64,000 bases of DNA from NCBI GenBank assembly GCA_944323705.1, contig CALUTM010000002.1, forward strand, positions 542-64,541, read 5' to 3'. The position numbers were made by a program, and so were the translations under genes. How positions within the stretch are numbered: position 1 is the first letter of the stretch; each line of letters opens with the position of its first letter. Below the pieces are notes generated by a model, which ran no database searches, was not told the DNA's origin, and was given only the letters and a program-made list of their open reading frames with translations. Positions 52,238 through 60,701 of this stretch are shown piece after piece. Source of the stretch: Candidatus Gastranaerophilales bacterium. Its GTDB lineage: Bacteria > Cyanobacteriota > Vampirovibrionia > Gastranaerophilales > Gastranaerophilaceae.

Positions 52238-53367
52238 TTCATACCTCCTATCATATAAAAAGAGCCGCAAATTACGTTCAGTCTGTCTTGTGATAAATCA
52301 CTTTCCGAAGAATATTTATGAGCCTCTATCGGACATTTTAACTTTAATTCTTCAAAAGTACAAGCACTCGGATAATCAAAGTCGTTTAAATAAACTTCGT
52401 CCTCTTCCCTAAACAGTATATTCATCATCCTTTGGTAATCTTTGTTTTTAAGACAACCGAAAACAAACCGTCTCTTCTCTTCAGGGAAATAATAATCAAG
52501 ATTATCCCTCAATGCCTGTATTCCGTTCGGATTATGAGAACCGTCAACAATCAGATTTTTTTCGGGAAAATACTGAAACCTGCAAGGATTTTCGACCTTC
52601 CTGAGCCCTTCTGCAATTACATCATCCCCAATATCCTTAAATAAATAATTTACGGCATTGATTGCAAGTGCCAGATTTTCCCTCTGATGCATACCCCGAA
52701 GAGACAATGCCTCTATAAATTCCGATTTTACAAAAGGGGTCGCAAAAATAAACATGGAATTCATCTCGTCCGCTCTGTCCTTTATTGCCTCATACCCCAT
52801 TGAGGTAATCACGGGACATTCGGGTTTTATAATACCCGCCTTTTCAAAAGCAATTTTCTCCTTTGTATCCCCGAGTCTTTCCGTATGATCCAAATCTATC
52901 TGCGTTATTATGGAGCATAGATTGCTTTTAATAACATTCGTAGCATCAAGCCTCCCGCCAAGTCCTGTTTCAAGAACGGCAACATCAACGTTATTCCGCT
53001 TAAAGTACAAAAACATCATAACCGTAAGAATTTCAAACTCAGTCAAATGAATCCCGCACTCTGCAATTTCAAAAACATAATTTGCAAAATCTTCCTTGGA
53101 AATCTCAATTCCGTTAACTTTTATCCGCTCCGTATACTCCCAAATATGCGGACTTGTATAAAGCCCCGTTTTATAGCCCGCTTCGCGTAATATAGAATCT
53201 AAAATCGTGCAAACAGAACCCTTACCGTTGGTACCCGCAACATGAATACATTTGAGACTGTCCTGCGGGTTTGAAAATTTTTCAAGTGCCGCCTCAATTC
53301 TTTCAAGCCCCAAATCAATATAAAATTTCCCTCTGCTTGTTAAAAGTTTTATTGCTTCTTCATACAT
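52213..53367 (-). CDS. folC: Folylpolyglutamate synthase/dihydrofolate synthase
   Basis: HVAGTNGKGS, YTSPH, ETGLGGRLDATN, EKAGIIK, DGSHNP. Confidence 0.95.
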   Translation of the reverse strand: MYEEAIKLLTSRGKFYIDLGLERIEAALEKFSNPQDSLKCIHVAGTNGKGSVCTILDSILREAGYKTGLYTSPHIWEYTERIKVNGIEISKEDFANYVFEIAECGIHLTEFEILTVMMFLYFKRNNVDVAVLETGLGGRLDATNVIKSNLCSIITQIDLDHTERLGDTKEKIAFEKAGIIKPECPVITSMGYEAIKDRADEMNSMFIFATPFVKSEFIEALSLRGMHQRENLALAINAVNYLFKDIGDDVIAEGLRKVENPCRFQYFPEKNLIVDGSHNPNGIQALRDNLDYYFPEEKRRFVFGCLKNKDYQRMMNILFREEDEVYLNDFDYPSACTFEELKLKCPIEAHKYSSESDLSQDRLNVICGSFYMIGGMKWLKSLQV

Positions 53368-53442
53368 ACAGCCCCTCGACTTTCGGCACCTTACCAACAA
53401 CTTTCGTTCCTATTCTGTTCACACCACAATTAGCATTCCGAA

Positions 53443-53571
53443 GCTGCGGTATTTATATTTTACATTATAAATAACCAGTTGCATACTCTAAATTGAAAAC
53501 TCAGAGTCTTTTCAAAAACAGCAAAATACACCGATTAACCTGCATACCCCAAAACGCTTATATACCGCAGC
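53443..53571. other. 129-bp element with 10-bp terminal inverted repeats and internal hairpin in the folC leader
   Basis: GCTGCGGTAT (53443-53452) / ATACCGCAGC (53562-53571); internal TTGAAAACTC-A-GAGTCTTTTCAA. Confidence 0.5.
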
Positions 53572-53599
53572 AATAAAATAACAATTCGAAATAAAACCG

Positions 53600-55462
53600 C
53601 TAAGATTCACTCTCTGCGGGAAGAAGATTCTTCGGGATATATTCCTCTTCCTCCTCAGGCGGCAAATTGATAGGAATTCGGAACCCGAAGGTAGAGCCTT
53701 CACCCTCTTTGGAGTTAACAAACACCTGACCGTGGTGATGCTTTTCTACCGTAACCTTTACCAAATGTAAGCCAAGCCCGGTACCCTTAACTGTATGCGT
53801 AGCATTTTCGCATCTGTAAAAACGGTCAAAAACTTTCTTCTGGTCTTTTTCGGACAAACCGGGACCTTGATCCTCCACGCTTACTTCTACATATTCACCG
53901 TCACGCGAACGCTCAATCCGTATTTTTATACGCTTTCCGTCAGGAGAATACTTGATTGCATTTGAGAGAATATTCATAAATGCACGTGAAATACTGTCTA
54001 CATTCAAATACACCTGAGGCAAATCGGGCTCTTTCATTATGGAAATCGTCAGGTCATGTTCTTTTGCAAGCACCTGAACCTGATTAACAGCATCCTCAAC
54101 AATCTCAACAATATCCTGCTTTGTTTTCTCTAAACGTATATTTTGAGCTTCATAGCGTGAAAAATCAAGAATATCGTTTACCATCCTGTTAAGCCGTATA
54201 ATTTCCTGATTCATAACCCCTATAAATTCTCTCTGAGTATTAAAGTCAAAATCGTTACCAAAGTTATAAAGCGTATCAATATAACTTCTCAAAACGGTTA
54301 CGGGCGTTCTGAGTTCATGGGAAACGTTTGATATAAAGTTAGACCTGAGCTGATCCATCTCAACATCTTTTGTCACGTCAATCAGAACAATAATGTATCC
54401 TACATAAGAATTTGAACGGGTAAACATCGGAGAAATTAAACATTTTAATATCCTTCGGTCAATCTCAATATTGAAAGGCACCGGAGCACCTTCATCATCA
54501 AGCGGAGTATCCTTGAATTGAGTAATTTTATCCGCAAAACAAAATTCGCCGCTCGAGTCGCAGAATTGCTGAATTTGAGTATTAATAATATCCGACTCCT
54601 CAACCTCCAGAAGCCTTTTTGCATAATTATTGACCATAATTACTTTGTCGTGGTTATCACAAACAACAACCCCGTTAACAATACTCATTAATACCGACTC
54701 CAGTTTGTTTCTCTCAAAAGTCAGGCTCTCAATGGTCTGTTCATTATACCTGCTCAACTTTTCCGACATATCATTAAATGCCGAATAAAGCTCCTTGACT
54801 TCTTTATCGACATCCTTATCGTCAATCATATACCCGAACTCACCGGATGAAATCTTCTTAACTCCCTGATAAAGCTTGCGGAGTTCACGAGTTATAATAG
54901 ATGAATTCATATAAATAATTCCGACAATGACAAGCCATGCAAGAATGAACACTATGGCAACCGACATGTTTGAAGTCGCAGAAACTCTATCCATAATATT
55001 TCCGCTTAAACCAACCGTAACGGAACCGACATTAACGGAATTACTCAAATTCTTTACCACCATGGGAGAACTTACCGTAATCCGAGCCTTTTCCGCCTGC
55101 TCTGGATAATCATCTTTGCTGGAATAAATAACTTTAGAATTATTGTCCTTAAAAATGATAAAAGCAATATCATCATTGCTTTTCAGTACGGAAGCGGAAT
55201 TTGTCCTCAAAGCATCGTATTTCGCAAGCTCGGGAACCTCTTTTGTAACCTCAACTCCTTCTATCGCAAGAGTTTTGGAGAGCACCTGTGCAAAATTTTT
55301 ATAAGCACTGTTCATATTTTGGCTTATACTGTATGTTGCAAAACCCGCGGCAAGAAGAATAAAAGCAGTGCTCACGCCCAAACCCGCTAAGATAAGCCTG
55401 GTCTGAGCAGTCATTCCCTTTTTTTTCCCCTTATTTTTTTCTAATTCTCCGCTCTTTTCCAT
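53600..55462 (-). CDS. nblS: HAMP-PAS sensor histidine kinase, NblS/Hik33-like
   Basis: AQTRLI N-terminal TM, second TM, HAMP, PAS, FISNVSHELRTP, NILSNAIKYS, DQGPG, GTGLGL. Confidence 0.75.
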   Translation of the reverse strand: MEKSGELEKNKGKKKGMTAQTRLILAGLGVSTAFILLAAGFATYSISQNMNSAYKNFAQVLSKTLAIEGVEVTKEVPELAKYDALRTNSASVLKSNDDIAFIIFKDNNSKVIYSSKDDYPEQAEKARITVSSPMVVKNLSNSVNVGSVTVGLSGNIMDRVSATSNMSVAIVFILAWLVIVGIIYMNSSIITRELRKLYQGVKKISSGEFGYMIDDKDVDKEVKELYSAFNDMSEKLSRYNEQTIESLTFERNKLESVLMSIVNGVVVCDNHDKVIMVNNYAKRLLEVEESDIINTQIQQFCDSSGEFCFADKITQFKDTPLDDEGAPVPFNIEIDRRILKCLISPMFTRSNSYVGYIIVLIDVTKDVEMDQLRSNFISNVSHELRTPVTVLRSYIDTLYNFGNDFDFNTQREFIGVMNQEIIRLNRMVNDILDFSRYEAQNIRLEKTKQDIVEIVEDAVNQVQVLAKEHDLTISIMKEPDLPQVYLNVDSISRAFMNILSNAIKYSPDGKRIKIRIERSRDGEYVEVSVEDQGPGLSEKDQKKVFDRFYRCENATHTVKGTGLGLHLVKVTVEKHHHGQVFVNSKEGEGSTFGFRIPINLPPEEEEEYIPKNLLPAESES

Positions 55463-55542
55463 ACCGAAATTATATCATGTAAACTTTCTTTAAGCAATGC
55501 AAAGAGACAGATAAAATCATGCTCCACTTGTCTCCAAAGTTT

Positions 55543-55830
55543 TTACAGCGGTACAATATCTAACTTATAGCCTAAAGGAACAAGAATTTTTAATAATGTA
55601 TCTATCTGTGGTGCTGTCTTTGATTTTTCCAGTCTTGCCAGATATTCCTGTTTAATATTACATTTTTGGGCAAACTCTGATTGTGTTAAGCCAAGTTCTT
55701 TCCTTATCTTAATAATTTTTCCCATTAACTCGACCTTTAGCTCGATTTCAGCAAGCTCCTCCTTGGAAAGTTCAAGAGAATCCTTAAAACTTGCCCAATC
55801 AGCACTATATTTTTTGTGTTCATTATTCAT
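55543..55830 (-). CDS. XRE HTH antitoxin (HigA-like)
   Basis: IRKELGLTQSEFA...LARLE...PQIDTLLKIL, immediately after a RelE/HigB-like gene. Confidence 0.85.
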   Translation of the reverse strand: MNNEHKKYSADWASFKDSLELSKEELAEIELKVELMGKIIKIRKELGLTQSEFAQKCNIKQEYLARLEKSKTAPQIDTLLKILVPLGYKLDIVPL

Positions 55831-55831
55831 C

Positions 55832-56200
55832 TTATAAGTTCCTTTCATTAAAATCTTTCATTAAACGTATAGCCTTTTCAATTTCCCTTTTGGGTGTTTT
55901 TTGCGTACGTTTCATAAAGTAATTCAGTATAACATATTTATTGTCCTTCTTATAGAAGAAAAAGAATCTGTCTCTCAGAGGTCGCAGCTCAAAGATTTCG
56001 CAATCTATGTATTTTATATATGGTTCACCGAGTTCTGTTCCATAGGTCTCGAGCATTTCCATATATTCAACTATTTTATTAAGTTTTATTCTTGCGTCTT
56101 TTGAACTTGCAGAGCGATTTTTAAGTTTCACAATATAATCTTGAGCTTCCGAGTAACCGTTCTTATCCTGTCAAAAAACTATTTGATATTTTTTTACCAT
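55832..56200 (-). pseudogene. RelE/HigB-like toxin with in-frame TGA at codon 10
   Basis: ATG 56200 reads MVKKYQIVF*QDKNG..., in frame with IKLNKI..YGT..GEPYIK...ELRPLRDR...FMKRTQKTP. Confidence 0.8.
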
Positions 56201-56215
56201 AATTTACTATTAACT

Positions 56216-56241
56216 ATATTATAACTAATTAGTTATAATAT
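56216..56241. promoter_or_regulatory. Perfect 26-bp palindrome, probable antitoxin operator
   Basis: ATATTATAACTAATTAGTTATAATAT, 16 nt upstream of the toxin ATG; contains TATAAT on both strands. Confidence 0.7.
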
Positions 56242-56271
56242 TTCAACCCTCCGCCTATACAAAAAGTACCG

Positions 56272-56730
56272 TCACGATACACAGACAGGGTTTTCAAGCT
56301 CTCGTTTTATATCCTCAACCGAAACGTGTAATATCGGAGAATCGTCATCTTTTTTGAGGTAAACATCAACAATTCCCGCCTGCACAATAAACCGTTTGCA
56401 CAGAATGCAGATAAAATTGTGACCGTAAATATACATTGTAGCACCCATACATCTGTCCTGCCCCGCCTGAATTATTGCATTCTGCTCCGCATGAATGGAA
56501 CGGCAGGTTTCATAACAAGTGCCGGAAGGGATTTTGTTCTTTATCCTGTAACATTCACCGCGTTCATAGCAGGACTCGACACCGGAAGGCGTCCCGTTGT
56601 AGCCCGTTGCTTTTATCTTTTTGTCCTGACCGACTATAACTGCTCCTACCTGTGCACGCAAACAATTAGAGCGTGAAGAACACGTTTTTGCCATATCCAA
56701 AAAATAATCTGTCCAGGATTTTATTGCCAT
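56272..56730 (-). CDS. dCMP deaminase (ComEB-like)
   Basis: TGYNG, HAEQNAI, CILC zinc motif. Confidence 0.9.
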   Translation of the reverse strand: MAIKSWTDYFLDMAKTCSSRSNCLRAQVGAVIVGQDKKIKATGYNGTPSGVESCYERGECYRIKNKIPSGTCYETCRSIHAEQNAIIQAGQDRCMGATMYIYGHNFICILCKRFIVQAGIVDVYLKKDDDSPILHVSVEDIKRELENPVCVS

Positions 56731-56749
56731 AACAGAATTATATAATAAA

Positions 56750-56774
56750 AAACCGCAAGTGAAAACTGCGGTTT
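56750..56774 (-). terminator. Rho-independent terminator after small ORF
   Basis: AAACCGCA/TGCGGTTT stem followed by a T run on the minus strand. Confidence 0.65.
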
Positions 56775-56807
56775 CGGAATAAATGTATTTTGAGTCTCGC
56801 TCTTAAT

Positions 56808-56957
56808 TTATACGGTGACTTCCTCTTTAAAATAATCTACGACCGTGTCCAGTACATTATCAAAGAAGAAGTCCAATTCTTGTGACAATGACATATCCAT
56901 TGATTGTGATTTTGCTTCTGTGTTGAATCTTGATAACATTTCATTTTCGATACGCAT
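56808..56957 (-). CDS. Small acidic hypothetical protein (49 aa), below track cutoff
   Basis: AGGAAAGGA RBS; MRIENEMLSRF...VVDYFKEEVTV*; terminator downstream. Confidence 0.6.
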   Translation of the reverse strand: MRIENEMLSRFNTEAKSQSMDMSLSQELDFFFDNVLDTVVDYFKEEVTV

Positions 56958-57170
56958 ATTTTTTAATCCTTTCCTAAATTGTTCTCAGATTTTGCTTACA
57001 TTTTTTATATCGGCATTTTTTTGAAAAACTTTAGAGTTTTTGTCAGAAGTTTTACAAATGTTTACATTCTTTATTTAATTATTTTGTTTTCAATGTCAAT
57101 ATTGCTTGTAAAATTATGCGATTTGTATTAAAATTAGCTTGTTAAATGAACATTTTAAGGGGTGGAGTAT

Positions 57171-58292
57171 ATGAAATTTGTTGCAAATAGAGACGATTTA
57201 TTAAACGGTATCAGAATAGTAGAAAGAGCTACCGTAGTAAAAGGTTTGCAGCCCGTTTTGGCAAACGTTTTGATTGAGACCGAAGGGAGTAATCAAATAA
57301 AATTAACCGCAACAGATTTTGACCTGTCAATAATAACGCTCATCAACGCAAACGTTGAAAGTGACGGTAAAATTACGCTTCCTGCCAAGAAACTGGGAGA
57401 AATCTTATCACGATTGAACGACGATTTGATTAACCTTGAGTTAAACGGCTCAACGGCAACAATTACCTGCAAAAATTCCAAATTTGACATAATCGGGATT
57501 TCGGCAAACGAATTCCCGCAGATAGAAGAAAATATTGCTGAAACCGATTGTATGGAAATCGAGACAAAACCGTTTACTAAAGCTATCAGAGAGGTAGTTT
57601 CCGCCGCTGCGGGCTATGAGACAAACAATCTGCTCTCAGGAGTTGTGTGCGAAGTAAACAAAAATATTCTTGAAATGGCGGCTACTGACGGAAACAGGTT
57701 GGCAAGAGTGAGAGAGGTCGTTAAGAATAATTCCTCAAACGAAGAAAATCCGTTCGAAATGCTTATTTCCTCAAAAGTACTTGCAGAATTGTCCAAAATT
57801 TCACTGCTTACCGAATCGGATACAATCAAGATTTGCAAAGAGATGAAAAAAATTGTGATTACAATAGATAAAACCAAAATTGTAACACGCCTTATGCACG
57901 GTCAGTTCCCGAAATATAATCAGCTGATACCTCAGTCTTTTCCTAAGGAAGCCACGGTTAACAAGGGGAATTTGATTGCTGCACTTGAAAGAGTTGCCGT
58001 AATGGTTAACGAAAAAAACAGTATTGTTAAATTTGAATTCGCCGATAACACACTGAAATTGTCCGGTGATTCGCCTGAGGCAGGGAATTCACAGGATGAA
58101 ATCGATATAAATTACACGGGAGAGCCATTGGCAATTGCATTCAATTACAAATTTGTTTTGGAATTCTTAAAAATTGCCGAATCCGAGGAAGTTAAAATTC
58201 AATTAAACACACCGCTTTCCGCAACGGTTTTTGCTCCGATTTCGGACGAAGATTATATCTATCTTGTAATGCCTGTACAACTCAGGGGCTAG
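57171..58292 (+). CDS. dnaN: DNA polymerase III beta clamp
   Basis: ATDFDL, ATDGNRL, GQFPKY, IAFNY, YLVMPVQL. Confidence 0.96.
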   Translation: MKFVANRDDLLNGIRIVERATVVKGLQPVLANVLIETEGSNQIKLTATDFDLSIITLINANVESDGKITLPAKKLGEILSRLNDDLINLELNGSTATITCKNSKFDIIGISANEFPQIEENIAETDCMEIETKPFTKAIREVVSAAAGYETNNLLSGVVCEVNKNILEMAATDGNRLARVREVVKNNSSNEENPFEMLISSKVLAELSKISLLTESDTIKICKEMKKIVITIDKTKIVTRLMHGQFPKYNQLIPQSFPKEATVNKGNLIAALERVAVMVNEKNSIVKFEFADNTLKLSGDSPEAGNSQDEIDINYTGEPLAIAFNYKFVLEFLKIAESEEVKIQLNTPLSATVFAPISDEDYIYLVMPVQLRG

Positions 58293-58301
58293 AGGTTTAA
58301 A

Positions 58302-58796
58302 ATGAGAGGAAAAGCTTTTAAATTCGGAGATAACATCTCGACAGACCATATCGCACCCGGAAGGTTGTTCCACTTGCGTTCTGACTTGCAGGAATTTTCA
58401 AAACACGTTCTTGAAGATGCGGATGAAAATTTTGCAAAAAATATGAAAAAGGGTGATTTTGTTGTTGCCGGAAACAACTTTGGGCTAGGCTCTTCAAGAG
58501 AACATGCACCGCAAATTATTAAAATAGCAGGTGTTGGAGCAGTTATTGCCAAGTCATTTGCCAGAATTTTCTACAGAAATGCAATCAATATAGGGCTGCT
58601 GGCTATTGAATGTGACACCGACGGAATTGATGCGGGAGATGAGTTGGACCTTGATATAAAAGAAGGGATTTTAAGAAACCTTACAAAAGGTACCATCACG
58701 GCAATAGAACCACTTCCTGAGGTAATGATTAAGCTTCTTGAAGATGGAGGATTAATAGAACATATAAAAAAACATGGCGATTTAGTGCTTGAATAG
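58302..58796 (+). CDS. leuD: 3-isopropylmalate dehydratase small subunit (LeuD/HacB-type)
   Basis: NISTDHIAP, NFGLGSSREHA, SFARIFYRNAINIG. Confidence 0.85.
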   Translation: MRGKAFKFGDNISTDHIAPGRLFHLRSDLQEFSKHVLEDADENFAKNMKKGDFVVAGNNFGLGSSREHAPQIIKIAGVGAVIAKSFARIFYRNAINIGLLAIECDTDGIDAGDELDLDIKEGILRNLTKGTITAIEPLPEVMIKLLEDGGLIEHIKKHGDLVLE

Positions 58797-58804
58797 GAGA
58801 AAAT

Positions 58805-59320
58805 ATGACAGACAACAAAAATACTATCTGCTGTCCCGCTTGCGGATGCGAAATGAAGAAGATTTATAATTCTGAGGCTAAGATTAATATTGATATCTGC
58901 ACAGAAGGCTGTGGAGGTATCTTTTTTGACAACAGAGAATTAAATAAATTTGACGAAACTCATGAGAGCATTGACGAAATACTGGAGTCTGTTAAAGATC
59001 GTGAATTTAGAAAGGTAGACGAATCAGAAACCCGTATTTGTCCAATATGTAACGTACCGATGGTGAAAATGGGAGCAGGTGTCAGCGGGGTAGAAATAGA
59101 TGTGTGCAACATCTGTGGTGCGAAATTCCTTGATAACAAAGAGCTTCAGGAAATCAGAAGCGGGGAAAAAGTTGACCTGACGAAAGCGTACGCAGTATTT
59201 GAAGCTCTGTACGAAGAAAATCTCCAAAATGTTCTCGGTGATAATGCCAACAAACCAGCCTCACCATCACCACGCAGGCAATTTTTTGAGGACATGGTTT
59301 GCAGCTTTTTAGTTAAATAA
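58805..59320 (+). CDS. Double zinc-ribbon (zf-TFIIB-like) protein
   Basis: CPAC..ID.C..C.GIFFD..EL and CPIC..IDVC..C..FLD..EL. Confidence 0.8.
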   Translation: MTDNKNTICCPACGCEMKKIYNSEAKINIDICTEGCGGIFFDNRELNKFDETHESIDEILESVKDREFRKVDESETRICPICNVPMVKMGAGVSGVEIDVCNICGAKFLDNKELQEIRSGEKVDLTKAYAVFEALYEENLQNVLGDNANKPASPSPRRQFFEDMVCSFLVK

Positions 59321-59323
59321 TTT

Positions 59324-60646
59324 CTACATATATCTCAGATTAATATATACAGAGCTTATTATCAGTGAAATTGCGACAACCGCAACACCGTATTTCATAA
59401 ATCTTAAGAAGGCAATCGGATGCCCTTCTTTAGCAGCATTTTCCGAGACGATAACGTTTGCTGCCGCACCTATTATTGTCATGTTTCCGCCAAGACAAGC
59501 ACCCAATGACAAACACCACCACAACGGTGTCGTATAATCCGCTCCCATAACTTTTTCAATTTCAACCAACATAGGAGACATTGTAGCCGTATAAGGAATG
59601 TTATCAATAATACCGGATATTATACCTGAAGCCCACAAGATAAGCATCGATGCTGCTTCCTGAGAACCTTGCGTAACTTGCAAAATCCATTCTGCCATGA
59701 GTTTTATACCGCCTGATGCTTCAACACCACCGATGATTATAAACAAACCAACAAAAAAGAATATTGTATTCCACTCAACTTCTTTAAAAACTTCGGTCGG
59801 TTTTTCAAACAACAGTAAAAATGCCGCCCCGAGCATTGCAGAAACACAAGTTTCAATATGAGTCATATCATGAGTTACAAAGCCGAGAATAACCAGGAAT
59901 AAAACGATAATTGAACGAATCATAAGATTTTTATCGGTTATGGTGTGGGTATTGTCAATCTTTGCAATCTCTTTCATTTTTTCTTCATCTGCCTTAAGCA
60001 CGGTTCTGAAAATAAGTGCCATAAGCAAAACCACAGCAAAGAGAATTATGGCAACAACCAGAGTCAGATTGTTAACAAAATCCATAAATGAAAATCCTGC
60101 CGCACTTCCGATGATAATATTCGGAGGGTCACCGATTAAAGTCGCGGTACCGCCGATATTAGACGCAAATACCTCGGTTAAAAGAAACGGAACCGGGTCA
60201 AGCTCCAGTTTATGTGCAATTGCAAAGGTAATAGGCATCACCAGAATAACGGTAGTTACATTATCAAGGAACGCACTTACTACAGCGGTAAAGATACCTA
60301 ATACTGCCAATATCGCAATCGGATGTCCTTTGGTTAATTTTAAAAGCTCATTTGCCATATAATTAAACATGCCACTTTTGGTCGTTATATTTACAATAAT
60401 CATCATAGAGACAAGTAGAAATATAACATTAAAATCAACATATTGAACAAAATAAGTAGGATTCAAAATCCCGTCCGTAATTCTTGTCTGGCTCACAAGC
60501 CCGAGAATAACGGTAATACCTGCACCCAAAAGTGCTATTGTAACCTTGGGGATTCTTTCGGCTGCTATAAAAATATATGCCAAAACCAATAATCCCGCTG
60601 AAATCGCTACATTATGAGCTGATACAAAATTATGAATTAATTCCAT
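59324..60646 (-). CDS. ArsB/NhaD family ion transporter
   Basis: SAFLDNVTTV, SNIGGTATLIGDPPNIIIG, DNIPY, LGGN...GAAAN. Confidence 0.9.
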   Translation of the reverse strand: MELIHNFVSAHNVAISAGLLVLAYIFIAAERIPKVTIALLGAGITVILGLVSQTRITDGILNPTYFVQYVDFNVIFLLVSMMIIVNITTKSGMFNYMANELLKLTKGHPIAILAVLGIFTAVVSAFLDNVTTVILVMPITFAIAHKLELDPVPFLLTEVFASNIGGTATLIGDPPNIIIGSAAGFSFMDFVNNLTLVVAIILFAVVLLMALIFRTVLKADEEKMKEIAKIDNTHTITDKNLMIRSIIVLFLVILGFVTHDMTHIETCVSAMLGAAFLLLFEKPTEVFKEVEWNTIFFFVGLFIIIGGVEASGGIKLMAEWILQVTQGSQEAASMLILWASGIISGIIDNIPYTATMSPMLVEIEKVMGADYTTPLWWCLSLGACLGGNMTIIGAAANVIVSENAAKEGHPIAFLRFMKYGVAVVAISLIISSVYINLRYM

Positions 60647-60701
60647 ATTCTCTCCTTATTCCATTTCTATATTTCTTCTGTTTTTATAATATCATAAAAA
60701 A

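Noticed and set aside
56171-56173. Alternative genetic code (TGA recoding)
   Set aside because: TGA terminates other intact genes here (thyX, 14910, 36472, 37710), and Trp is encoded by TGG.
56958-57170. Possible oriC upstream of dnaN
   Set aside because: AT-rich, but I found no DnaA boxes (TTATCCACA/TTTTCCACA) and dnaA is absent.
58302-58796. leuD without adjacent leuC
   Set aside because: The large subunit may be elsewhere; scattered operons are typical of this window.
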